In this document: one piece after another, positions 11,939 through 23,284 of the stretch
Layout: each line of letters opens with the position of its first letter
Position numbering within the stretch: the stretch's first letter is position 1
NCBI GenBank assembly: GCA_047495785.1
Contig: JBLDXI010000013.1
Span: 3,348,001 to 3,412,000, forward strand
Direction: 5' to 3'
Length of the DNA: 64,000 bases
Source of the DNA: Lepidodermella squamata
Lineage: Eukaryota > Animalia > Gastrotricha
The notes under the pieces: model-generated
Databases searched by the model: none
What the model was told of the DNA's origin: nothing
The model's input: the letters and a program-made list of their open reading frames with translations, nothing else
Program-made: the position numbers and the translations under genes

Positions 11939-12656
11939 TTTCAAAGTTTCTAAAAATTATTTTTTTTAAATGCAGGAAAATTGTAAAATTAAAGTCACGG
12001 CCCTCTACAGTACCCCTTACCCTTTCAAGCTCGTCATGTGATTCATTTGGAATTAGGAAACAGATCAATTTGAATCATTTTTACCCAATTTCTCACTTCG
12101 AAATACCATAAATGAAGGTGTTTATACCCTCTATTATCTATTAGGATGCGTTGGGTAGGGTGTCCGCCCATATTCGTTATATTTCTACACAGGTAGCCTT
12201 TTCATTGTCATAAGCTCTTCAGAACTCAAGATGAATCAGAGTCGCTCTTCCCGTAGTGAGCGTTCAAACTTTTTTCGTGATTGAACCTCAAGATTGTGTA
12301 TTTTATATCAGAAATTATGATGGTTTCTTTTTTGCCAGCTTGCCAAGACGAAGTTTCAGAATAGCGTATGTGTTTTTAACAATAAGGTTCATTCCCTCAG
12401 TCATTATAACGCGCTTGCCGTTATCTTCCTGCTCCCGCTACTTGCGTCAAATGATTTTTAAACATTTTCTGCCTTAGGATGTATAAAGTTCGCTTCCTTT
12501 TATTCAACTGTCGGCGCAAATACAGTAATGCGAAGTTAGTCATAACCATGTCATCCCCGCTTTTTTTATTGCTCATATCAAAGACACGTTTTCGGTGATT
12601 ACATTTCATTCACGGTTTTTTTAAGTTAGAAATGAGTCATGAGGTGTGTGCAAACG

Positions 12657-12860
12657 TGATTCACATTGATCTGCCTCCAAATTAATCATATGCCGAGCTT
12701 GAAAAGGTAAATGGTAGAGGGTCGTGACTTGAATTTTACAATTTCCTGCATTTAAAAAAACAGCTCTTAGAACCTTTGAAAATTATTTTCATCAATCTAC
12801 TTCTCGCTGCAGCTGTCTTCTACATCTGGAGGAAATATTTCTGTTTTAAAGAATTTATAA
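12657..12860 (+). pseudogene. Inverted duplicate of the CYP 5' flank and first ~25 codons (start codon changed to ATT)
   Basis: Reverse complement of about 11862-12077, e.g. ctacttctcgctgcagctgtcttctacatctggaggaaatatttctgtt. Confidence 0.85.
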
Positions 12861-13016
12861 GGGTACCATGTGCGGTTTTTTATCTGCTGAGTTAGGATTT
12901 CGATCGGGCCCCATGGCAACCGCCTTACTTGTCGAATGGATGATCCGGCCGTGCTGGCACCTCCACAAGTGACTGAAGTGCGACATCCCACTTGAACATG
13001 ACGCAGCTATTATTGC

Positions 13017-14447
13017 GTGCGTTTCTTTATTACCAGCCATTTTTTATTTTAAAGTTAAAATTAAACACTGACATTTCTTTATTATTTTATATTTTGAAAG
13101 GGTTCTCCAGTTAGCGGAATTGACGGTGAGCGGAACCAAATTTGCTGTAGCGGAACCAAATTTTAGACTTTTCTAGTGGTCTGAAATCGCTTTTCGAATA
13201 TATATCGCAGGTCAAGATTGGCCAATATATATATATATATAATTCTAGAAAATTCACCAGTGAATTCAGGGCAATATTCACTATAAGACGGAGTGTTCAA
13301 TTCAGAATTTATGCTTAGCCTAAAATTCGTAGGAATATTCAAAAAATGACTCTTGGCATACCTATTTCGAATTTGGTTCCGCTAAAAGATATTCCGTATT
13401 TTGAAATTAAAGTAAAAATCATTTCTTTATTCGATTTTTTCATCTTATTTTATAAAATAAAATGTCATTTCTTTATCACGTTTTTTGCATGATTTCGGAA
13501 AAGAAAATGTGAATGAAACAACACGTTTTGTTTAAAAACTACACACTGATAAAGAAATGAAAAAATGTGTTGTGGTTATTTTGAACGCATGAACGTGATT
13601 GCCCTAGACCCATAGGAGCATGAGAGCACCCGTGTGAACGCCGATCTCGAATTCGTCCCATCCACACATTATAGGTTGTCGGAAAGTTCAGTAGAACTTC
13701 GTTCAGCGACGTCACCTCAGCGGTGACGATTAAGCATGCGACACTTCAGCAACTGCCACTTCCGCAGAAGATTTGCAATCACATATTTCTGGGCAGTAGA
13801 CGTTTTCAGTAGGCGCAAATGTCGTTACACACTTTTTGTCTCGTTTGTCGTTGGCGCAAATGTGTTTGGCAGAGTAAAATTAAAGTCTAATGTGATACTA
13901 ATTTTCACTTGAACGCATGACAATATTATAATCATCTGGCTGAACTGGCATCTGCTGAAATTTCGCTAGTTTCATTTTTTCTTCAAACAACACGCTCCAC
14001 ACTATGACTGGATGTCGTAAGACCTCAGCTGAAATGACGTATGCTCTATAGTTGTGTTGCTGAATAGCACAACTGCCATAGTGGCAGTTGCTGAAGTGTC
14101 GCTGCACAAACATCGCCCTCGTATGTGACGTTGTTGAGCAAAGTTCTGCTGACCACTTTTCGAAGCCTAATTCTTTAGGGAGACATGAAGACTGCTTTCT
14201 CTGCAGAAAAGCCTCAGAATACATGCATAAAATTAGACCAGAACAGCTCATCCCCTGTTTTTCCTTGAGCTAAAAAATGAATTTTGTCGATGAACCGCGT
14301 GCTTTATTTACTCCATTTTATAAAATAAAATGATGAATAGAAACGTGAAAACACAAACAATTTATATACGATGAATATGGATGAAACAACCATTTTATTT
14401 TCATTTTATGTTAAAAAATGAAATAAAATTAGGATAAAGAAACGCAC
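13017..14447. mobile_element. Possible degenerate non-autonomous DNA transposon
   Basis: 14-bp terminal inverted repeat gtgcgtttctttat / ataaagaaacgcac, recurring atttctttat motifs, and an internal 23-bp inverted repeat (13739-13760 / 14080-14102). No TSD or transposase was found. Confidence 0.35.
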
Positions 14448-14480
14448 CCGAAGTCTCCTAATTCAGAAGCTTCTATGTTA

Positions 14481-14686
14481 TATCGTTAGCGACGCGCCAA
14501 AACAACCACTTTACTATTTATAGCTTTTTTTATGGAAAGTACGTTCGACTCTTGAACGTAAATTCAAATTACGATGAGTACGATCAGTGCTCAAAAAGCC
14601 GAATGTACTCCTTCTTTACGTTCGGCTCGTCAAAGTACGATCAAATGAGTCATCAAAGTGGTTGTTTTGGCGCGTCGCTAACGATA
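14481..14686. mobile_element. 206-bp MITE (TA-flanked), copy 2
   Basis: TA-tcgttagcgacgcgccaaaacaaccacttt ... aaagtggttgttttggcgcgtcgctaacga-TA forms a perfect TIR pair; the interior matches 9215-9420. Confidence 0.9.
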
Positions 14687-15079
14687 TTGTCTTTTGAAAA
14701 AATATTTATTTGAAAATTCAATTTAATAATTAGCAACTCGAAAAATGGCAGGAAGGATCGGATATTCAATTCTACTTCGATTTCTGGCCTCTGAATCATT
14801 GACGTTTCTGTGGGTTGTCGTCATAACTCAACGGCCGGCCGGGTTGGCCATCTTGGCCCAGTATTTCACAATTACGCAGCAAAAGCTGGCTTTGCAGCTT
14901 GTTGTGGTGTGTTGAGATGCAACAGTCGTCACGTTTGTCACAGAGCGTCGGACAGGGGTGTTGCGCGGAATGGCGTAGCACGAGCAGCGCGGCTGCCAAC
15001 GCAGGTTTGCGAAATTTCAAGATCCACTCTTTGTTGCCGAGAATGAGGAAATATGTTTTGGAAAGCATATTGAATACTA

Positions 15080-15996
15080 CACTACTGGACAAAATGTTTT
15101 GCGCATGCCCATTTTTGGAGTTTTTCGTTGATGTCGACGAGATCCTTCTAATATTCATCAATTATGCTTATGAATTCTTATTCTTTACATTGTGGGGAGT
15201 AGTTTGAGCCCAAGAACTTAATGATACGAGTCAGGGGGGCGTCTGGGCAATTAAGTTTAGGTCAATCGATCTAGGCTGGTTTCGGTTATCGATTGATTGA
15301 ATATCGGCCAATATTAAGGTATTATAGAATTTTTGATTCAGTAAAATGTGGCATTCTTTAACAATACGACCTAGCTGATCAATATTTTGAAAGCGGAGTT
15401 CAAATCCGAAAATCCGCCAAAAAGTTATTCAGTGATTTCTGATTTATCGATTTGTGATTTTTCCGATATTGGTGAAATCAGTCGATATTTCCGGGAAGGG
15501 ATATTCGATCGACACTGTTTAAAGAGTATTCGCCCATTATATATCTGGGTCTTTATAATAGCTTTCCTCTGGTTGAAATGTAACCTAAATTTATGTATCG
15601 ATCGATTATCGATAGAATGAAGGGAATCGATAAATCAGAAATCACTCATTAACTTCTTAACGGAAGTCCGGATTAGGATTCCGCTTTGAAAATATTGATT
15701 AGCTTGGCCATATTGATTAATCATCTCATATTTTGCTGCGTTGATAATTCGATTTCTTCTTTTATTGGCCGATATTCAATCAATCGATAACCGAAACCAG
15801 CCTAGATCGATTGACCTAAACTTAATTGCCCAGACGCCCCCCTGACTCGTATCATTAAGTTCTTGGGCTCAAACTACTCCCCACAATGTAAAGAATAAGA
15901 ATTCATAAGCATAATTGATGAATATTAGAAGGATCTCGTCGACATCAACGAAAAACTCCAAAAATGGGCATGCGCAAAACATTTTGTCCAGTAGTG
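15080..15996. mobile_element. 917-bp foldback element, Tc1/mariner-like, non-autonomous, with TA target duplication
   Basis: TA|CACTACTGGAC...GTCCAGTAGTG|TA. The ~235-bp arms (15080-15313 vs 15763-15996) appear perfectly inverted, with further degenerate inner arms (about 15370-15452 vs 15625-15705). Confidence 0.9.
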
Positions 15997-18193
15997 TATT
16001 TCCGACGGGTTCTTCAACAAGTCACGGTCAGGCAATTGGTTTTTCAGTCGCGTGAGATCCAATGGCACGGCACGACCGTCGCTAAAAATGCTTGATACAT
16101 AATCGCTACAACTCCACTCCATTTTCTCAACGGTTTTCTTCACATTAAAGCCGGCAACATAACAAACGATAGAGAGATAAACATTTATTAAAAATGTGGA
16201 CTGCCTAATTCAGTAATAATTAGGTTGCCTTGCGACACAGTGAGTATACATTATATTTTAAAAAAAATTGTGTTTTTTGTGGTTGAAATAGATATGGATT
16301 GAATCTTTAAGAATCGATTTTGTAATGTCAGAAAGTAGTTGTTTTGGTAATTGCCATTCCTTAAAAAGTTTCAATGTTTGTTTAGTTATAGTTCCACGGC
16401 TACCCAGGTAGAGTCCTTGCACGGTAACTTCGTCCAGCTTCCATTGTTCACAGACTTGTCAACTTCAATAAGGGGCAATTCGAAAAGTGCCTGCACTTTC
16501 TAGCAAACTACATCCAATTCGACTGCCTCAATCTCTTTTTCGACCTTCGCCATATCTCTTCATCCACGTCTGATTTCGGCGGAATTAGAAATAATGATTG
16601 ATCATCGCGTAGCGACGGAGGCCGGTCGTATTAGTTTGCGACGTTTTTAATGAAAAGCAATCGAACCTGGTCAGTTTTTATTAGAAACCCAATGTAAAAC
16701 TTGTGAACTTGTAACTTGTGATTAACTGGTGAAAATCCAGCCATCAAAAATAAACCAAGCAGTCTAGAATTCTCTGCTCTACCAACAGACTGAAAATTCG
16801 AAAAGAAATAATAAAAATTGGCAAGGCTAGGTGGTGGCGACTAGTGCTGGGCTCTCTTTTGGCGTTACAATGCGAAGATGCATGATTTGATCACTTTATT
16901 ATTGTAAAAATGACCATGTTTTGCCTCACTCGATCAAACGACTTTTTGGCCACAGGCTGGGCAGGAAATGCATTATTCAGTGTATCTTTATATTCAGCCC
17001 GGCCTGCTCGACCGCAAAAAAGCCGGGCAGTGCCCATGAACATTTTTTTTTATTCTGCCCGCACAGCCCGATTAGCCCGTATCGTCCGCAGAGCATTCAG
17101 CAATTTTCTCTGGTTTCCCGCACTTCCCGGCCAGCCCGTAACGCCCGGCCTTTTGAGACCGGGCGAAGCCGGGCGATGAAGCAAAACATTGACCAGGCCC
17201 GCGATTTCACAGCAAATAATCATAAAAATGACTTAATTAAATAACTTGAATACGCGATTAATCATCTCAGCCTAACGCCTAACCTAATCTGTGATCGCGT
17301 TATACCGATTTTCCAATTACGGAAGCGATTTTTCGAATTTTCCTGGGGTTACGACTTGGAAAAGGGCCAGCGGTATCGCGGTGAACGACCTTGACGAGCG
17401 CGAAGGAGATAAAGTAGTCCATGAAAAACTCATCGGTACCGAAAACAAACGATTACAAATCACAAAATTAGCATTTGACAGAGCTAATTAGTGTCAACTT
17501 GAACAATCCACATTATCGACAGAGTAAAACGATGTGCATTAAATTATCATCTTTTTCAATTCATTATAAAATTGCGGATTAGCATGAATCACGCGCATTG
17601 TCAAAAACGTGCTCAGGCGAAGTAATTTTCCGGATTTGCCCGATAACATTCAACAATTTTTCCGCGTTTCCCCGCTTTCCCGCGGGAGAGTTGGGCTGTA
17701 TTGCTGAATGTATTTGGGCGCCCGCGTTTCCCGGAGTTTTTTATTGCTTTTTTCCTGCGATTCCCAGAAAATCCTAGCTCATCCGCACCAAAACATGGGC
17801 GAAAAAAAATGTATGCTCATTGAACGCCCAGCCCGGATTTCTTATTGTTTTCCCGTGAAATCCGACGGGCTGCCCCGGGCGAGACGGGGAATAAAAAAAT
17901 ACACCCTAGTGTCGAGTTCATAAAGTATTAGTCCCAAGCCCGGACGACCGGAATAATCACTCAGTCACAAGATTGCCTGAATTGGCTTGCGCGGTCGCAT
18001 AAATTCGGGCGATCCAACTCACTTCTCAAACGCAGGTCATGGTCGTCAAATCGAAATTTGGTCTCAATAAAACTTTATTAAAAAAATAACTGGTCATCCT
18101 CTGATATTCTAGAACAAAAACAGACTGATACAAAATGGAGATGAATAGGTTATTTGTGAAGGAGAGTTAAGGTAAAACATGAGATAGAGACAT

Positions 18194-19756
18194 CTATCGA
18201 CGTTCGACTCTCACTCGCACGGGCCCCTTCGGGATCATCACTAAATGAACAGTCACCGGTAAGGTTCTCGGCGCATCATCACTGTGAGGCTTGAACCGGT
18301 ATTTTCTTAAAAGGTGGATCAACGCCATTTCCAATTCGAGCATTGCAAATAGCTGGCCGGAACAGCGCCTCGGGCCGAGTCCGAAAGCCAGGAAGGCACT
18401 TGCGGGTCGATTGCTGGTTGGGTAGTCGTCGAGGAATCGATCCGGGTGGAATTCGCGTGGGCTAACCGGGCCCCAGAGCTCCTCATTCATATGAATGCTC
18501 CACATGTCTACAAGGACGGAGTTTAACGTCGGGTCTACTTGATAACCGCCGAGCGATGTTTCTTCCAGAATTTGTCTGTTAACGATATTCAGGCCCTCAG
18601 GGTTCAGCCTAACTGTTTCCTTACAAACAGCGTTCAGAAACGTCATCTTGTTCATAACCGTGTCGTAATCTAGCGGTGTTGAAGGGTCGGGGTAAAACTG
18701 CAGAATTTCTTCGAGTAGACGATCCTGAACATCTGGGTACATTGCAAGGTTGTACAGCGCAAATGCCAATATAGTCGAAGTTGTTTCATAGCCAGCCATC
18801 AAAAACATATTGATATTTGTCTTCAGTTGGTCCATTGTCAGGCTTGGCCGGTTATTAACGCTGTCATCCGCGAAATTCGTGACATTGACCAAGTTTTGCA
18901 GCAAATCCTTAGGTCTGTGAGTTTGATTCAGTAACCGCCTTCCCTGAACCATTTGATTAGTCCAACTTCGAAGCCATTCGTAGGGGGCAAGTGGACCGAC
19001 GGCAACTTTCATCATGCCATGCACGAATGCTTTGACAGATTGGCGAAGTGACGGGAAGATGTTGACCAGTTTAAACATCCATGATGAAGAAATAACGCCA
19101 GTCTGCACCATCTCTCGCGCCTCCTGGTAGACCTTCATACCATGTTTGTGATTCGGATGATCGCGGTCCATAAGGTGGAGTTCCGCGCCGAAAGCTGCTC
19201 TGCATAGGGCACTCATCGCAAAGCGCTGTGATGGTTCGCGGACATCAAACGCATGCTGGCCCTCGCCAGAAATTTCAGCCACCAGATCGGATAGGCAATT
19301 CAACTTTAGTTCGATGTTTGGCATGGCTTGCTTCAGTGTCTCTCGATTGAAGAACTGACCAGCAGCGGTTCTCAGAATCCGCCAAAATTTTGTTGTTGCG
19401 ATCAACATATTGTTCATAGGATGCTTAGGTTCGGAGTCGCTGTTTGGTTGAATTGGGGCGAAATCCCGGCCGTTGAAGGCAGAGGTTTGTTTCAAACAAA
19501 TTTGCTCAGCTAGGTCGATGTGCGAGACGACGAGAGTTGGAATCATTCCTTCGTAATATCCAAAAACATGGCCATGTTTTTCTCCCCAAGCTTTGATGAC
19601 CTCGTGTCGATTATCCCCTCTCAGCTCCAGTGAGTTGCCGAGTAGCCAGTGGGGCGCTGGTCCGGGAATGCCGAGCCTCTTGAATTCTTTGAAACAGAAA
19701 AACTTCCTCCAGATGTAGAAAGCAGATGCAGCGAGAAGTAGAGCGGTAAAAATCAT
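18194..19756 (-). CDS. Cytochrome P450, CYP3-clan-like, intronless, copy B
   Basis: Same length and motifs as copy A (AGYETT, ETVR, PDRF, FGLGPRRCSG); differences cluster in the N-terminal third. Confidence 0.95.
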   Translation of the reverse strand: MIFTALLLAASAFYIWRKFFCFKEFKRLGIPGPAPHWLLGNSLELRGDNRHEVIKAWGEKHGHVFGYYEGMIPTLVVSHIDLAEQICLKQTSAFNGRDFAPIQPNSDSEPKHPMNNMLIATTKFWRILRTAAGQFFNRETLKQAMPNIELKLNCLSDLVAEISGEGQHAFDVREPSQRFAMSALCRAAFGAELHLMDRDHPNHKHGMKVYQEAREMVQTGVISSSWMFKLVNIFPSLRQSVKAFVHGMMKVAVGPLAPYEWLRSWTNQMVQGRRLLNQTHRPKDLLQNLVNVTNFADDSVNNRPSLTMDQLKTNINMFLMAGYETTSTILAFALYNLAMYPDVQDRLLEEILQFYPDPSTPLDYDTVMNKMTFLNAVCKETVRLNPEGLNIVNRQILEETSLGGYQVDPTLNSVLVDMWSIHMNEELWGPVSPREFHPDRFLDDYPTSNRPASAFLAFGLGPRRCSGQLFAMLELEMALIHLLRKYRFKPHSDDAPRTLPVTVHLVMIPKGPVRVRVERR

Positions 19757-20389
19757 TATCAAGGTTTCTCAGAAATTTCTTTTTATATGCAGGAAAATTT
19801 ATTTTTAATTCACCAGAAGAAGGCTGTTATTTATACCCTTTATTATCTATCAGGATTTGTTGGGTAGGATGTCCGCCCGCATTTGTTTGATTTCTACAGG
19901 TAACCTTTACATCGTCATAAGCCCTTTAGAACATTAAATGAATCAGAGGCGCTCTTCCGGTGGTGTGCCTTTGTTCACACTTTTTCGTCATTCAACCTAA
20001 CTATATCGTGTTTTTTATATCAGTTTTTTGTTAGCTGTCCTAGACAACATGTCAAAATAACGTGTGTTTTACACAATAAGGTTCTTTTTCTCGGTCATTC
20101 TGACCTTTTTGCCGTAATCTGATCTTCCTGCTTCCGCTACATGCGTCAAATAATTTGTTAACATAATTTTCTGCTGCAGAATGTATAACGTGTGCATCCG
20201 CTAATTCATCTTTCCTCTCAAATACTGTTATACGAACGTATCATTTGTGTTAGTCATAACCAGTCATCCCAGCTCTTATTAATGCACGTTAACGTTAACT
20301 GTGGTGCACGTTTTCTGTGAATGAGTTTCATTCACGGATTCACGGTACCTATTTCAAAGTTGGAAAAGAGGCGGTGTGTGCAAAAATGG

Positions 20390-20590
20390 TTTAAATTGAG
20401 CTACTTTTGAAGTCGAATTTGAAATGGTATAGGGTACTGTAAACGTTGAGGGGGTCGTGACTCAAATTAAACAATTTTCCTGCATTTGAAAATATAATTA
20501 TTTGAAGAAACTTTTAGAATGATCATCGCTGCACCTGTCTTCTATACATCGGGAGGGAATATTTCTGTTTCAAAGACGTTATAAGGGTTC
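20390..20590 (+). pseudogene. Second, more decayed inverted CYP 5' fragment
   Basis: ggggtcgtgactc...ttttcctgcattt...gctgcacctgtcttctatacatcgggagggaatatttctgtttcaaaga is homologous to 12657-12860. Confidence 0.75.
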
Positions 20591-20792
20591 CCCTGTGGTT
20601 TTTTATCTGAGGAGTTGATATTTTGAGGGCCCCATTGACAACTCCCCAACTTGCCCAAAGGAGGATTGCGGGCACCTCCTCAAGGGACTTGGGCTTGAAT
20701 TGGGCGATATTAGGCTTGAACCTAACACAGATATTATAGAAGCTAATCAACGGAAAATTATTTTCATCAGGAGCAGTTATTTAATCACTATA

Positions 20793-23284
20793 TCAAGTCC
20801 CGCAAACGTCTGACTCGGAGTTAAAATAACAGGCATTCAATGAAACGTCACTATAATCCATTCCATTCGAAGATAGAAGAATAAAAGTGTATGTGCCAAT
20901 AGGAGGACATTCAATTACAAGTTTTATGGATTCAGATTGATGCTGCACGCCTGCGTCGAATTCGCCGTAGTCGATGACGACATGTCGTGAATAGTTTTTG
21001 AAGCCATAATATATGAGAAAATCAACTTCCATTAGATCTTCATCGATACAATCATCATTTTCATCTACATCGTCATCGTCATTCGCATCATCTTCATCGT
21101 CATTCTCATCGCCACTGTCCATCTCATCATCGTCGCAATCTTGGCATTTTGAGCAGTCATCGCCCTTGCTCAACGGAATTTCTCCGTCATCTATTCCAGA
21201 CACAGGTAATTGCAACGATATTATGAGTTTCGATGGAGCCGGTTTGCCAGGCCTTTGCTTTACTTCGAAAACAAATTGAAACATTTGTTCGCCTGTTCCA
21301 GCAATATTTTCCTGAGTAACGCAGTTGTTGAGCTGAACGTTGTCTCCAGGAGGGTCCCCCAAATAGTCCGAAATATCACATTTGGTGCGGTTGATAACTA
21401 CCCCGACTCTACTGAAGGCGTCTTCAATATCTTCGACTTCTTTAGATGTCATCCCTGTGACTGCAGCGTATTCCATGATTCCACATAAGCCATCTGCCAT
21501 TTTCAAAAATCCACTCCAGAAAAATCTGTTTCCGCCGTAGAAAACCTTGTAAGCCTTGTAAATGTTCCACCCTCGCATTTGAGACAGCAAGTAGAAAGCG
21601 TGGTTGTAAATTCCGCTGCAGATGTGTACGTCCACCCTCGGCGTGTACTCGCTATATTTCTTTATTTGCTGAGCATCCGACGTCGGTTTTTTCAGATTCC
21701 GAACTAAATTACGGCTCGCAGCGTCCCGGGACTTCTGGGCATCGATGTCGAAGAGCCAGTCAGTTGAACCTCGGACACAAGCACGGACCATCATTGCGGT
21801 GATGTCGCTGAAAGCTGATTTCAAATCGTTTTCATAGTGTGTATCATTATTTCATTTACCTTCGTTCATACAGCCCATTTCGCTCGAGTAAAATAGTTCA
21901 GAGAAGCGGGCGGTTAAAGCGTGGCCGATTTCGTGGGAAACAGAGTCAATGCTCGAGCAAGACGGGTACTCGTTTGAGAAATCTCCATTCCCTGATTTCG
22001 AACATTTAAGCAGCACCGCTGCATGCCAGAATACTGCTTACCGAAAAAAAGGCCATTCTCGTTCCAGAAAGCTATTGCTCGCATTCTACCGTAATTGATA
22101 TGAATTCGCAACGGTTCACCATCCGTTATTAAACCAAAATCATTCAACCCCACTGGATAACCTTTGTATCAGCAGTGTTTTGTTTTTATGAGATTGGCTC
22201 TTACCATGCTTTGCGAGACATTTCTGCGTCTGAATAGCGTAATCGATGCAATCTGCGGCAATGCCGTAGCCTCCATTCACCTATATTACGAAAATTAAGA
22301 ATTCTGAATTAGATCATAAAGATGATACCTCGTTCTCTATAAGAGCTCCGCAGGGATATGCTAATGGCTTACTATCGACACTCGAAGTGTTGCCTTCCAT
22401 ATCGTAAACACTGAAAAATCCTTTGGAGTGTTCAACAATACACTCATCCAGTTCAGTGTGCCTATCCGTAAGATCGAGCTTCACTTTACGCTTGCCAATT
22501 CTTCTGTTGCCCCCTGTAGCGTCGACAGCAAAAGTCGAGGTTGGTGATATTAGTAGCATGGTATCGTTTAATATGTCGTACATACAGACTATTAAGATGG
22601 AGATGATAGAGTAACGATTCATTGAAGTATATAAACACTGAAGAAATCATACAATATCTCTGTGCTTCGTCGAGTTCGTTGATAATCACGATATTTTCGT
22701 GCATTGTCATGGATGTCCTGAACTCATCGAGCCATAAAGATCTGTCGGAATCGTTACTCAATTCAACCCCAATCCCCTGTAAAATGTCGCTTCGTCATCA
22801 TCCTGCCATGCTTCACAATTAGGAAAGCTACCTCCGTGAAGTTGTATTGCTCGGCAAGTCCCGCCATGCAAGCGATGTAGGCTGTCTGACTGCTTATATT
22901 CTGCGCGGCTTCGATTACTCGTTTGGCTAATTCGTCAAAACGAGGTATTTCGTCCAGTATTTGGCCACTCAATGCGTATTGTATGGCTTCTGTTTCGTCT
23001 TCCGTGAACACGAGATTGTAATTGTCCAGGTTATAGCCGCCAAAGACGAGATTGAACGTGAGTAAGCGTCGACCATCAGGCAGTTCTTCGTCATCGGCTA
23101 ACGTAAGGTTGCTATTCGGTGATAAGTCCAGCAATTCCTCGATCGTCGGCTTTTCGAAGATATAGTCATTTAGAATTGTGACATTCAGCCGATCGGAATT
23201 TTTTATCAAAAAGATTCCACTGGCTTTGGTTTCTAAACAAATCCAAATTAACACGGGAAAAGCTTGAACCAAGCTAAGTTTCAT
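20793..23284 (-). CDS. Secreted M4-family (vibriolysin/LasB-like) zinc metalloprotease, copy B, 7 exons, about 725 aa
   Basis: Signal peptide; HEIGH at 21935-21921; GCMNEAFSD; DVHICSGIYNHAFYLL; PPC-like C-terminus. GT-AG introns at 22831-22777, 22652-22589, 22328-22281, 22204-22153, 22041-21992 and 21859-21815 sit at the same positions as in copy A and give an intact frame. Confidence 0.9.

Noticed and set aside
15080-15090. CACTA-superfamily assignment from the CACTA terminus
   Set aside because: The TA duplication and CACTACTGG..AAAA end fit Tc1-like termini better; not proven.
14796-16150. hAT-transposase-like fragments (…CHWISRD…) around the foldback insertion
   Set aside because: Only a few residues of resemblance with multiple stops; not supportable without a profile search.
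16850-17910. GC-rich CCCG/CGGG repeat patches as a defined transposon
   Set aside because: They look repeat-derived, but I could not pair terminal repeats or find a TSD.
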